Below are positions 1 through 9,506 of a DNA stretch of 64,000 nucleotides, piece after piece. The stretch is from Syntrophales bacterium (GTDB lineage Bacteria > Desulfobacterota > Syntrophia > Syntrophales > PHBD01). The stretch is taken from contig OY764159.1 in assembly GCA_963668175.1 (NCBI GenBank), forward strand, positions 4,160,001-4,224,000, in the 5' to 3' direction. The notes beneath the pieces are model-generated. The model did no database searches and was not told where the DNA came from. It worked only from the letters and a program-made list of their open reading frames with translations. The first letter of the stretch is position 1. Each line of letters starts with the position of its first letter. The translations under genes were made by a program, and so were the position numbers.

Positions 1-777
1 ATCCCCATTACCCCGGAAGAGATCGCTCAATCGGCCGTTGAAGCCTGGCGGGCAGGGGCCTCCATCGTCCACATCCACGTCCGGGACCCGGAAACGGGCC
101 TCGGGACGCAGGACCTCAACCGATTCAGACAGGTCGTGGATATCCTGCGCAAAAAGACCGACCTCATCCTGAGCCTGACGACCAGCGGCATTCCGGGCCG
201 CAATCTGCCGGTCGCCGAACGTCTGGCACCGCTCAAACTGAAGCCGGAATTGGCATCCTTCGACGCCGGATCAATCAACCTGGGCGGCGGGGTCTTCGTC
301 AACGACCCGGCCTTTCTCGACGAGGCCGCCCGGATGATGAAAGAGGCCGGCGTCAAACCCGAGATCGAAATCTTCGACCTGGGGATGGTCGTCACAACCC
401 TCAGGATGCGGGACGAGGGAAAGCTGTCCGATCCGCTCCATTTTCAGTTTGTCCTGGGTACCCCCTGGGGGGCTCCGGCCACGCCCAAAGCGTTTCTCCA
501 CCTTCTGGAACATATTCCCGACGACGCCACGTGGTCGAATATCGGAATCGGGCGGGGGTATCTGCCGATGGCCATGATGGCCCTTATCATGGGGGGACAT
601 ATCCGCGTCGGCATGGAGGACAACATCTACCTCGACAAGGGCGTCCTGGCCAAAAGCAACGCCGAACTGGTGGAACGCGTCATACGGATCGTCCGCGCCT
701 ACGGACGCGACGTCGCCTCTCCCGAAGAAGCCCGGCTTATTCTCGGCATTCGCACGAAAACAAAGGAAAACGTATGA
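1..777 (+). CDS. 3-keto-5-aminohexanoate cleavage enzyme (BKACE/DUF849) family protein, 5'-truncated by the window edge
   Basis: Frame is open from base 1: IPITPEEIA...GASIVHIHVRD, ASFDAGSIN, KPEIEIFD, GGHIRVGMEDNIY are BKACE motifs. Confidence 0.9.
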   Translation: MPITPEEIAQSAVEAWRAGASIVHIHVRDPETGLGTQDLNRFRQVVDILRKKTDLILSLTTSGIPGRNLPVAERLAPLKLKPELASFDAGSINLGGGVFVNDPAFLDEAARMMKEAGVKPEIEIFDLGMVVTTLRMRDEGKLSDPLHFQFVLGTPWGAPATPKAFLHLLEHIPDDATWSNIGIGRGYLPMAMMALIMGGHIRVGMEDNIYLDKGVLAKSNAELVERVIRIVRAYGRDVASPEEARLILGIRTKTKENV

Positions 778-1847
778 ATATGAAACCGAAGTTCCTGGCC
801 ACGGGAGTCGGCAGCATGCCTTTTGACGATCCCGGCCATGGAATCGACCTGTTAATGGAGGCGCTGCCCGACGCCCCCTTCTGGCCTCAACTGCCGAAAA
901 AGGGGCTTCACGAGCAGATGGAAATCCAGTTCTGCGAGGGGATGCCCAGGGCAGTCATTGACGAGGGGAAGAACCGGCTTTATTTCGATACGTCGGGAGA
1001 CTATTCGGAGGAACTTGCCGATTTCTACGGGACCTACATGGCGGCGATGGACCCCGACGAAGGCAACGGCGACTGTTCAGCCCTGGCCATCGGCCCGTCC
1101 TTTTCCTCGGGTATTTATGCACTGGATGAGCGCCTCCGGCAGATGAACAGGAAACTGCCGTTTCTCAAGGTCCAGGTCACGGGACCTTGCACATTCTCTC
1201 TGACCGTCAACGACGAGAATAGGCGAGCCGTCTATTACAACGATGCATTCCGGGATGTGGTCCTCAAGGCCCTGGCCATGAAATGCCGGTGGCAAATCCA
1301 GAAATTCAAGCCTTACGCGGATCATGTCATTTGCTTCATCGACGAGCCGATTCTTTCCGCCTTCGGAAGTTCCACCTATGTTTCCGTCAAGAGGGAAGAC
1401 GTCGTCGCCCTTCTCGCCGAAATGATCGGCGCCGTCCACGCCGACGGCGGTATCGCCGGCATCCACTGCTGCGGCAACACGGAGTGGAGCATTCTCATCG
1501 ATGCCGGCGTCGACATCGTGAATTTCGATGCCTTCCAGTATGGCGAAACCGTCGCCATGTACCCGGCCCACATCAAGAATCATCTTGAACGCGGGGGCAT
1601 GCTGGCCTGGGGTGTTGTGCCGACCTCCGCAGCGATCGGCGAGCAGACGTTAGAAGGGCTTGCGGAACGTCTCGAAGGCGTGATGGCGCACCTCGCGACC
1701 AAGGGAACCGAAAAGAGATTGATCGCCGAACAGGCCTTGATTACGCCTTCTTGCGGGACGGGTTCCATGTCGCCGGCAGACGCGGAACGGGTCTTCCGCC
1801 TGACGGGGGAACTCTCCCGGGAAATGAAACGCCGGTACGGATTCTGA
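774..1847 (+). CDS. Core (folate-independent) methionine synthase, MetE C-terminal-domain-only, MesB-like
   Basis: ATG at 774 overlaps the upstream TGA (ATGA); ATGVGSMP, TGP, FIDEP, Zn-ligand GIHCCG and TPSCG motifs; about 357 aa, lacking the MetE N-terminal half. Confidence 0.8.
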   Translation: MNMKPKFLATGVGSMPFDDPGHGIDLLMEALPDAPFWPQLPKKGLHEQMEIQFCEGMPRAVIDEGKNRLYFDTSGDYSEELADFYGTYMAAMDPDEGNGDCSALAIGPSFSSGIYALDERLRQMNRKLPFLKVQVTGPCTFSLTVNDENRRAVYYNDAFRDVVLKALAMKCRWQIQKFKPYADHVICFIDEPILSAFGSSTYVSVKREDVVALLAEMIGAVHADGGIAGIHCCGNTEWSILIDAGVDIVNFDAFQYGETVAMYPAHIKNHLERGGMLAWGVVPTSAAIGEQTLEGLAERLEGVMAHLATKGTEKRLIAEQALITPSCGTGSMSPADAERVFRLTGELSREMKRRYGF

Positions 1848-2020
1848 TCACCGGCCATACCCCCGACCTGTGACGATTCAAAGGCGGGACAGAGGCAAGA
1901 TATCCCGGCTTCCGGCAGATTATTTCTCCCGGAATGGATGAAGACCGGAAAAGGCCGCCGACCGCAAAAACGGAAGGCTTGATGAAGGAACCGAACTAAA
2001 ACAGGAAAAGACTTTTCACC

Positions 2021-2788
2021 ATGAGTTACATCATCGCCATAACGGGCAAAGGAGGCGTCGGGAAAACGACGGTTTCCGCCGTTATGATCTCCCGCATGAT
2101 CGCCCGCGGCTGCCGCCCCATCCTGGCCATCGATGCCGATCCCAATACCAATCTCGACGCCGCCCTCGGCATAGAGATAGCAAAAACCATCGGCGGAATT
2201 CGCGAGGAAGCCAAGCATTACGCCAACATGGGAATGGCGTCGGGTATCGACAAGAAGAGACTCCTGGACATGAAGATCGCCGAAAGTCTCGTCGAAAGCC
2301 GCGATTTCGATATGCTGGCCATGGGCCGGTCCGAAGGGGCGGGGTGTTACTGTTATGCCAACAACATCCTCAAAGACGCCATCCAGCAGCTGGCAGCCCA
2401 GTATCCCTACGTCATCCTCGATAATGAGGCCGGGCTCGAGAATCTTTCGCGCCGCATAATCCAGTCTGTCGATCTCATGATGATGGTCACGGACCCTTCG
2501 GTCAGGGGTATGGATACGGTCAGGCGTCTTCACGGCCTGACGGCAGAGATGGGAATCGTTTATAAGAATCTGGCCGTGGTTATCAACCGATTAAGACGGG
2601 ATGAGCTTCCGGGTCACGCCGATGCCCTGATCCGCGACATTAACGCCGGATTTGTCCTTGCTCTGCCGGACGACGACGATATCGGCCGTCGCTCCGAGGA
2701 AGGGATCAGTCTTGCCGATTTGGCGGCTGACAATCCCATCGTATCGAGAATCGACCACCTCCTCGACCGCTTAAGTCTGTCCGGTTAG
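2021..2788 (+). CDS. cooC: CO dehydrogenase/acetyl-CoA synthase Ni-insertion ATPase (CooC/AcsF)
   Basis: GKGGVGKTT, IDADPNTNL, GCYC and DNEAGLENLSR motifs. Confidence 0.93.
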   Translation: MSYIIAITGKGGVGKTTVSAVMISRMIARGCRPILAIDADPNTNLDAALGIEIAKTIGGIREEAKHYANMGMASGIDKKRLLDMKIAESLVESRDFDMLAMGRSEGAGCYCYANNILKDAIQQLAAQYPYVILDNEAGLENLSRRIIQSVDLMMMVTDPSVRGMDTVRRLHGLTAEMGIVYKNLAVVINRLRRDELPGHADALIRDINAGFVLALPDDDDIGRRSEEGISLADLAADNPIVSRIDHLLDRLSLSG

Positions 2789-2800
2789 AAAACAGCAGAA

Positions 2801-3457
2801 CTACTGCCGGGGATATCCGATCGTCTGGGCAAGGATGATCCGCTGGTCGTCCCTTAACATCATGGCTTTTCCCAAGACCACCCTGTCGATATTGCCCCTC
2901 ACGACCGTCGCCAATCCTTCGGAAGCACAGTAGAGATAGACGTTCTGGCTGACAAAACCCGTATCCGTGGCGGAGTAGAAATCCTTTTCCTCGGGAGTCG
3001 CTTTTCCCATTCTGGCCAGATCGGCCACATAAATCAGATTGACGGGGGCTTCCTTGACGTAAGGCTGGCTTCCGGTAACACCCCTGATATCCTGTTTGAG
3101 CAACATCTTCAGGCTATGGGTGGCGGCATCGTAAAGGTAAAGGCCGTCTGCGGTTGCGACATAGATATCGATCTCCTGCCAGTTGTTCGCCGAAGGTGCC
3201 GTTCTCCCGTTCGTCTGCGGACGGTTCACGCCGCAAGCAGCCCAAAGGATATTCGACAAAACGCGGATGGGCAGCTTTTTAGGGCTGAAATTCCGAGACG
3301 TTTTCCTGTCTTTCAACACCTGCATCAACATGCGGCTGCTGTCCATCTGGGGCTTGAGGAGTTTAATCGTCTTCAAATCCTGGGCTAAAGCAACTGCAGG
3401 GAAGAGCAGGAGAATAACCGCGACAAATTTTGCCGTTAGGCAACATCTGATAAACAT
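2801..3457 (-). CDS. Nitroreductase / SagB-ThcOx-family oxidoreductase with signal peptide
   Basis: RKTSRNF, RTAPSANNWQ, DTGFVSQNVYLYCASEGL motifs; AGGAGG upstream of the ATG at 3457; AxA signal peptide. Confidence 0.85.
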   Translation of the reverse strand: MFIRCCLTAKFVAVILLLFPAVALAQDLKTIKLLKPQMDSSRMLMQVLKDRKTSRNFSPKKLPIRVLSNILWAACGVNRPQTNGRTAPSANNWQEIDIYVATADGLYLYDAATHSLKMLLKQDIRGVTGSQPYVKEAPVNLIYVADLARMGKATPEEKDFYSATDTGFVSQNVYLYCASEGLATVVRGNIDRVVLGKAMMLRDDQRIILAQTIGYPRQ

Positions 3458-3763
3458 TTTGCGTCCCCCTCCTGTTTCATCAAAATTCATACGGACACGC
3501 ATCTGACCGATACACTTTAACAGTTTAAAAATCAAGCATATTTCAGTACCGCCAACGACCCCGGCGGCCGCATCGCTCTGTAACCGTACGCCGCGCGACA
3601 CCGAAAACTTGGCCATGGTAAGATTAAACCGCCGCCGGACCCAAGCAAGCCGGGTGCCTTTCGGGTATGAACCGGGCACACACAAGGACTCGCCGCGAAC
3701 GGCTGTTTAAATATCTTGACGGCATGACCGGTATCATATATCAGAACACCTAATCGTTTGTAA

Positions 3764-3857
3764 CCGCTGCCTTAAAGGTTCTCTGAGATGGGAACTCCCG
3801 GGCGGCGGGCGGCGGCGACGCCTGATCGTGCGCCCGCCGGTATTTTCCATTTTTATT
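3764..3857 (+). promoter_or_regulatory. Candidate attenuator (alternative stems plus U-rich tail) in the cooS leader
   Basis: CCGCTGCC (3764-3771) can pair with GGCGGCGG (3801-3808); CGGCGGGCG (3803-3811) can instead pair with CGCCCGCCG (3831-3839), which is followed by TATTTTCCATTTTT. Confidence 0.35.
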
Positions 3858-4005
3858 CAGAGATTGTATAATTTCATGATGGCATCCCTCGTTTTCGGCC
3901 TGAAGCCCCACGGCCGTCCGGCCTTCCCGGGGATTAACATAGAGATCGGTCCCGTGTGCAGACCGTTGCGTCGCAGGAAGAGAGCGGACCGATGAACATT
4001 TTCCG

Positions 4006-5964
4006 ATGAAAGACATGAACCCAAGAAAAATGGACCCTAAAGAACGGCTCTGGGACCCGGCATCCATAGAAACCCTGGTCAAAGCCGAACGGGAAGGCCT
4101 GGAAACCTGTTTTTCCCGGATGGATAATCAGGGGAGCACCTGCACATTTGGAAAGAACGGCCTCTGTTGCCGCATCTGCTACATGGGGCCGTGCCGGATT
4201 ACGAAAAAGGCCCCCCGCGGCGTTTGCGGGGCCGATGCCGATACGATTGTCGCCAGGAACCTCCTGCGGGAAGTGGCCGGAGGTACAGCCGCCCATTCCG
4301 ATCACGGCCGCCATCTGGTATTGCTTCTGAAGAAGACCGCCGAAGGAAGGTCCGGGGATTACACGATAAAAGACGAAAAGGCTCTCCGTCAGGCGGCAAG
4401 ATGGTACGGAATTGCCGAAGAAGGCCGCAGTAAAGAGACCGTCGCCCTGGAACTGGCGAGTATCTTTCTTCAGGAATTCATGAAGCAGGAAGAATCGCCC
4501 GCGACCGTGAGCCTTGCTCCGGCAAAACAGCAGACGATCTGGCAGAACCACGGCCTTACACCCGCCGGTCTCGATCGGACCGTCGTGGAATCGATCCACC
4601 GTACCCACATGGGCGTCGACCATGAATACCGTAATCTGCTCCTCCAGGCATTCCGTACGGCCCTGGCCGACGGGTGGGGAGGCTCCCGGATAGCGACCAT
4701 CTGCTCCGACATTCTGTTCGGTACACCCTCTCCTGTCCGCAGCGACGCCAACCTGGGGGTCCTCAACACAGAAACCGTCAATATCGTCGTCCACGGGCAT
4801 GAACCGGAGCTGTCGGAATTGCTGGCCATCGCATCCAGGGACCCCGAAATGACCGCCTATGCCCGCATTGCAGGTGCCGAAGGCATCACCCTCGCTGGAA
4901 TCTGCTGCACGGCCAATGAAATCCTCATGAGGCACGGCATTCCCGTGGCGGGAAGTTTTCTCCAGCAGGAATTGGCCATCGTCACCGGCGCGGTGGAAAT
5001 GATGCTCATCGACGTCCAGTGCTGTATGCCCAGCTTGCCCGAGATCGCAGCGGCCTACCATACGGAGATCGTCTCCACGACGGAAATGGCCAAGACGGCA
5101 GGAGCCTCCTTCATTACGCTCGACGAACACGAACCATTGAAATCCGCGAAGATGCTCATCAAGAGGGCCATCGACCGCTATAAGCTCCGCGACCCGAACA
5201 AGGTCGCCATTCCGGCGGTTAAAAAGCCCCTGGTAGCCGGATTCAGCGTCGATGCCATCAAATACATGCTGGGAGGCAGCTTCCGGGCATCCTTCCGTCC
5301 CCTGAACGACGCCGTCATCCAGGGACGCATAAGAGGTATCGCCGCAATCGTCGGCTGCAACAACCCCCGGTCGAGGGTGGATGAGTACATCAATATCCTC
5401 ACCCGTCAACTGATCGGCCGGGACATCCTCGTCCTCAAGACCGGCTGCGCGGCCATCGCTTCCGCCAAGGAAGGGATGCTCACTCCGGAAGCGGCGCTGG
5501 AGGCGGCGGGAAGCGGGCTGAAAGAGGTCTGCGAGGCGGTGGGCATGCCCCCCGTCCTGCACATGGGAAGCTGCGTCGACAACTCCCGGATTCTGGAAGC
5601 CGCAACGGAGATCGTCCGCGAAGGCGGGCTGGGAGACGATTTGTCCCAGATACCCGCCGTCGGCATCGCCCCCGAATGGATGAGCGAAAAGGCCGTGGCC
5701 ATAGGCTGTTACTTCGTCGCATCGGGGATCGACGTCATCCTGGGACATCCGTTCCATATAGGCGGTTCCGAAAAGGTCACCCGCTTCCTGAACAAGGAGG
5801 CCAGGACCCTGTTCGGGGCCTCCTTCCACGTCTGCGAAGAACCGGAAAAAGCAGCAGATGCGGTCGTCAAGATCATCGATAATGCAAGGGAACGTTTGGG
5901 CATTCATCGACAGGCCTCCCGGAAGCTCTTCGACATGGAAGACCGGAGGATGCTCGATGTCTAA
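4006..5964 (+). CDS. cooS: Anaerobic Ni-CO dehydrogenase catalytic subunit
   Basis: CCRICYMGPC, HSDH, HGH, GICCT, DVQC, GCNN, KTGC, GSCVD and SEKA cluster ligands. Confidence 0.97.
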   Translation: MKDMNPRKMDPKERLWDPASIETLVKAEREGLETCFSRMDNQGSTCTFGKNGLCCRICYMGPCRITKKAPRGVCGADADTIVARNLLREVAGGTAAHSDHGRHLVLLLKKTAEGRSGDYTIKDEKALRQAARWYGIAEEGRSKETVALELASIFLQEFMKQEESPATVSLAPAKQQTIWQNHGLTPAGLDRTVVESIHRTHMGVDHEYRNLLLQAFRTALADGWGGSRIATICSDILFGTPSPVRSDANLGVLNTETVNIVVHGHEPELSELLAIASRDPEMTAYARIAGAEGITLAGICCTANEILMRHGIPVAGSFLQQELAIVTGAVEMMLIDVQCCMPSLPEIAAAYHTEIVSTTEMAKTAGASFITLDEHEPLKSAKMLIKRAIDRYKLRDPNKVAIPAVKKPLVAGFSVDAIKYMLGGSFRASFRPLNDAVIQGRIRGIAAIVGCNNPRSRVDEYINILTRQLIGRDILVLKTGCAAIASAKEGMLTPEAALEAAGSGLKEVCEAVGMPPVLHMGSCVDNSRILEAATEIVREGGLGDDLSQIPAVGIAPEWMSEKAVAIGCYFVASGIDVILGHPFHIGGSEKVTRFLNKEARTLFGASFHVCEEPEKAADAVVKIIDNARERLGIHRQASRKLFDMEDRRMLDV

Positions 5965-8900
5965 GATCATCTGTTCAAGCGCCATCGACGGCGGCATCGC
6001 CTGGATCGCCCGCGCGGAAGAATTCCTGGATCGGGCCGTCCGGCAAAAAGGAGAAGGGGCCGTCGTCGCCTTTCCGGACAGCGCCTACTTCCTTCCCGTC
6101 ATTTATTCCTTCACCGGCGAAAAGGTACGTACCTTAAGCGATCTGCGCAGGCTCCTGCGCTATGCAAAGACCCTGCTTCCTCCCCGGCCCACGGATCGCG
6201 TCTGGCTGCCGTACCTGGGAAACGCCCTCGATGCGGGCGTCGCCTCCCTCTTTGCCTGCGAAATCATCGAGGCCTGCAAGTACCTCATCGGCCCCAACCC
6301 GATAGACGGCATATGGCTGGGTGCGGCGAGCGATGTCATTATGCGCGAACGGGGCATTGAATTCGTCGACGGTACGGCACCCGGCTTTGCCGCCATTACC
6401 GGCGCCGCCCCCACGAACGAAATCGCCGTTTCGATAGCCCGTGCGCTCCAGGAGAAGAACCTTTATGTGTTCATGGCGGGCCCGTCGGGGGGGCGCCAGT
6501 TCGCCGAACAACTCGCGGAGGAAGGCGTTCAACTCGGCTGGGAAACGCGCCTTGTGCCTTTCGGCCGCGACGTCTCCGCCCTGATCTACGCCCTCGGCTT
6601 CGCGAACCGGGTGGCCCTTTCCTTCGGAGGAGTGCAGGCAGGAGATTTCGAACGCAATTTGAAGTACAACAAAAACCGCATATTCGCTTTTGTTCTGGCC
6701 TTCGGTGAAGTAACGCCGGACAAATACGCCCTGGCCGCCGGCGCCATCAACTACGGATTCCCGGTCATCGCCGATACGGACATCCCCCAAATCCTCCCCA
6801 CGGGCGTCTGCACATACGAGCACGTGGTTTCAAACGTCCCCTACGAAAGCATGGTGGAGAAGGCCCTTGAAGTCCGGGGATGTAAGATCAAGATCACCAA
6901 GGTGCCTATCCCTGTTCCCTACGGCTCCGCCTTCGAGGGCGAACGCATCCGCAAGAGCGACGTCCACGCCGAATTCGGCGGCGGCATGACGACGGCCTTC
7001 GAATTCGTCACCATGGCGGACATGGACGAGATTGCAGACAACACCATCGACATCATCGGTCCCGACATCGACGCCGTCGAGCCGGGAACCGTGCTGCCCC
7101 TCTGCATCTGGGTGGAAGTGGCCGGACGCAAAATGCAGTCCGATTTCGAACCGATCCTGGAGCGCCAGATCCACCACCTCGTCAACGGTGCAGAAGGGAT
7201 ATGGCATATGGGGCAGCGGGACATCGTCTGGACGCGTATCTCCAGGAGCGGATACGCCAAGGGCCTGCGCCTGAGACATTACGGAAACATCATTTACGCG
7301 AAATTCGTCTCGGATTATCCGGCCATCGTCGACAAGGTGAAGATCACCCTGATCACCGACGCAGCAGAGGTCGAAAGAAGAGTGACCCACGCCCGCAGGG
7401 TTTACGACGAACGCAACCGCCGCCTGGAATCGATGACGGACGAATCGGTGGACACTTTTTACTCGTGTCTGCTCTGCCAGTCCTTCGCCCCCAACCACGT
7501 CTGCATGATCACCCCGGAGCGCCTGGGGCTTTGCGGAGCCTACAACTGGCTCGACGGAAAGGCCGCCTACGAGATCAACGAAACGGGCGCCAATCAACCG
7601 GTCGCCAAAGGGACCTGCATCGATCCCGTCAAGGGCATCTGGGAAGGGGTCAACGATTATGTGCGTATGGCCAGCCACAAGGCGATCTCTTGCTATTCGG
7701 CCTATTCGATCATGGACAGGCCGATGACGAGCTGCGGCTGCTTCGAGGCCATCTGCGCCTACCTCCCCGAATGCAACGGCGTCATGGTCGTGAGCCGGGA
7801 ATTCAGCGGCGACACCCCGATCGGCATGACCTTCTCCACGCTGGCGGGCAGCGTCGGCGGGGGCCATCAGACGCCCGGATTCATCGGCGTCGGCAAGGTG
7901 TTTCTCACGTCGAGAAAATTCCTCTACGCCGAAGGCGGACACCGGCGGCTCGTCTGGATGCCGAAGGCCCTCAAGGAAGCCCTGGCCTACGATCTCAAAA
8001 AACGGTTTGAAGAACAGGGATGTCCCGATCTCTGGGACAAGATCGCCGATGAAACAGTGGCCATCGACGCCCATCAGGTAAGGGCGTTCATGGACCGGGT
8101 CCAACATCCTGCCCTGGCCATGGCCGATATGCAGTCTCTTGCGGAAGAATCTCCCCGTGCTGCAACGGCGGCGCCGACGATCGCCGACACCGTCCCGGCA
8201 CCCGACAAGAAGGCGGGAGAAGTCGGCGCCGGCTCTGTGAAGCCTGACGACATCGTCCGGATGAAAGAAGAAATAACTGCCGACATCCTGAGCAAGCTGA
8301 AGTCCTCCCTCGCGGGCGAGATCATGGCGGGCGTAATGGCGGCGCTGGGTTCGAAGCCCCGGGATGAAAGCGAGAAAATAGCCCCAGCCGCTCCTGCATC
8401 GGATGTACCTTCACGGGAACATTTTTATGTATCGGCGGTGAATCGTATCGACGCCGTGACGGCATTTCCGGTACGCCGCGAGACATACGGAACGGCGATT
8501 CAGGAGGTCACGCTCGGTGCCGCTCCGGAATCCGGCGGTACCAGGGCAAAGACGGTCACGGTGGGAGGCTCGACATGCATGCCCTTCCACTTCTGGGAAG
8601 GCCGAATGCCGCATCGCCCGGTCATCGCGATGGAGGTCTTCGACAGGATCAGCGAAAAATACCCTCCTGTTCTCAGGGAATGTTACGGCGGTCTCCTCAA
8701 CGATCCTCCGGCCATGGCGCGGGCCTGCGTGGAGAAATACGGTGCCGATCTCATCAGCGTCCGCCTCGACGGCACACACCCCGACCGCGGCAATTATTCA
8801 CCCGAAAAGGCCGTGGAACTGGTGAAAGCGGTTCTCGGCGCCGTGGATGTGCCGCTCATCGTCACCGGACACAGCCACTACGACCGCAACAACGAAGTCA

Positions 8901-9433
8901 TGAAGGCCGTCGCCCAGACCTGTGCCGGAGAGGGTCTTCTCCTCAACTGGCTGGAGCAGGACAACTACCGGACCATAGCGGGGGCGGCTATCGCCTACGG
9001 ACATGCCGTCGTCGCCCAGAGCCCCATCGACGTGAATATCGGCAAGCAGTTGAACATCCTCCTCACGGGCATGGATATGCAGCCCGGCCGGATCGTCATG
9101 GACCCGATGACCGGCGCCGTCGGATACGGCATCGAATACACGTATTCCGTCATGGAAAGGATCAGGCTCACGGCTCTCGGCGGCGACCCGATGCTCGCCT
9201 GCCCGCTGATCGTCTCTCCCGGGCAGGAATGTGCCAAGATCAAGGAATCGAGGGCGTCGGAAGCCGATTTCCCGGCCTGGGGGAATCTGGCCAAACGCGC
9301 GGCGGTTTGGGAATTGGCGACGGCGCTGGGCCTTCTCTACGCAGGTGCCGATATCCTGATCATGTATAACCCTGAAGCGGCCGGAGCTCTGAAGCGGACG
9401 ATCATGCGGTTGATGGAAGGCGGCGGCCAATAA
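5957..9433 (+). CDS. acsB-acsD: Acetyl-CoA synthase (AcsB) fused to the corrinoid Fe-S protein small subunit (AcsD)
   Basis: GGAGG then ATG at 5957; A-cluster motifs CLLCQSFAPNHVC, GLCGA, TSCGCFE; Ala/Pro-rich linker; then AcsD-like IQEVTLG...SPIDVNIGKQLN...MDP...GYGIEYTYSVMERIR...GADILIM, all in one uninterrupted frame. Confidence 0.93.
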   Translation: MSKIICSSAIDGGIAWIARAEEFLDRAVRQKGEGAVVAFPDSAYFLPVIYSFTGEKVRTLSDLRRLLRYAKTLLPPRPTDRVWLPYLGNALDAGVASLFACEIIEACKYLIGPNPIDGIWLGAASDVIMRERGIEFVDGTAPGFAAITGAAPTNEIAVSIARALQEKNLYVFMAGPSGGRQFAEQLAEEGVQLGWETRLVPFGRDVSALIYALGFANRVALSFGGVQAGDFERNLKYNKNRIFAFVLAFGEVTPDKYALAAGAINYGFPVIADTDIPQILPTGVCTYEHVVSNVPYESMVEKALEVRGCKIKITKVPIPVPYGSAFEGERIRKSDVHAEFGGGMTTAFEFVTMADMDEIADNTIDIIGPDIDAVEPGTVLPLCIWVEVAGRKMQSDFEPILERQIHHLVNGAEGIWHMGQRDIVWTRISRSGYAKGLRLRHYGNIIYAKFVSDYPAIVDKVKITLITDAAEVERRVTHARRVYDERNRRLESMTDESVDTFYSCLLCQSFAPNHVCMITPERLGLCGAYNWLDGKAAYEINETGANQPVAKGTCIDPVKGIWEGVNDYVRMASHKAISCYSAYSIMDRPMTSCGCFEAICAYLPECNGVMVVSREFSGDTPIGMTFSTLAGSVGGGHQTPGFIGVGKVFLTSRKFLYAEGGHRRLVWMPKALKEALAYDLKKRFEEQGCPDLWDKIADETVAIDAHQVRAFMDRVQHPALAMADMQSLAEESPRAATAAPTIADTVPAPDKKAGEVGAGSVKPDDIVRMKEEITADILSKLKSSLAGEIMAGVMAALGSKPRDESEKIAPAAPASDVPSREHFYVSAVNRIDAVTAFPVRRETYGTAIQEVTLGAAPESGGTRAKTVTVGGSTCMPFHFWEGRMPHRPVIAMEVFDRISEKYPPVLRECYGGLLNDPPAMARACVEKYGADLISVRLDGTHPDRGNYSPEKAVELVKAVLGAVDVPLIVTGHSHYDRNNEVMKAVAQTCAGEGLLLNWLEQDNYRTIAGAAIAYGHAVVAQSPIDVNIGKQLNILLTGMDMQPGRIVMDPMTGAVGYGIEYTYSVMERIRLTALGGDPMLACPLIVSPGQECAKIKESRASEADFPAWGNLAKRAAVWELATALGLLYAGADILIMYNPEAAGALKRTIMRLMEGGGQ

Positions 9434-9506
9434 CGGATCAGATCTATATTCCGGGACCTTGCTTTAGCAGAAAGGTACTGTATACGATGACAGCAGGACG
9501 TTTTTA

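Noticed and set aside
3934..5997. Long antisense ORFs (also 16247-17647, 20936-22564, 28784-29857 and others)
   Set aside because: They shadow well-supported genes on the opposite strand, as expected from GC-rich codon usage, and show no recognisable motifs
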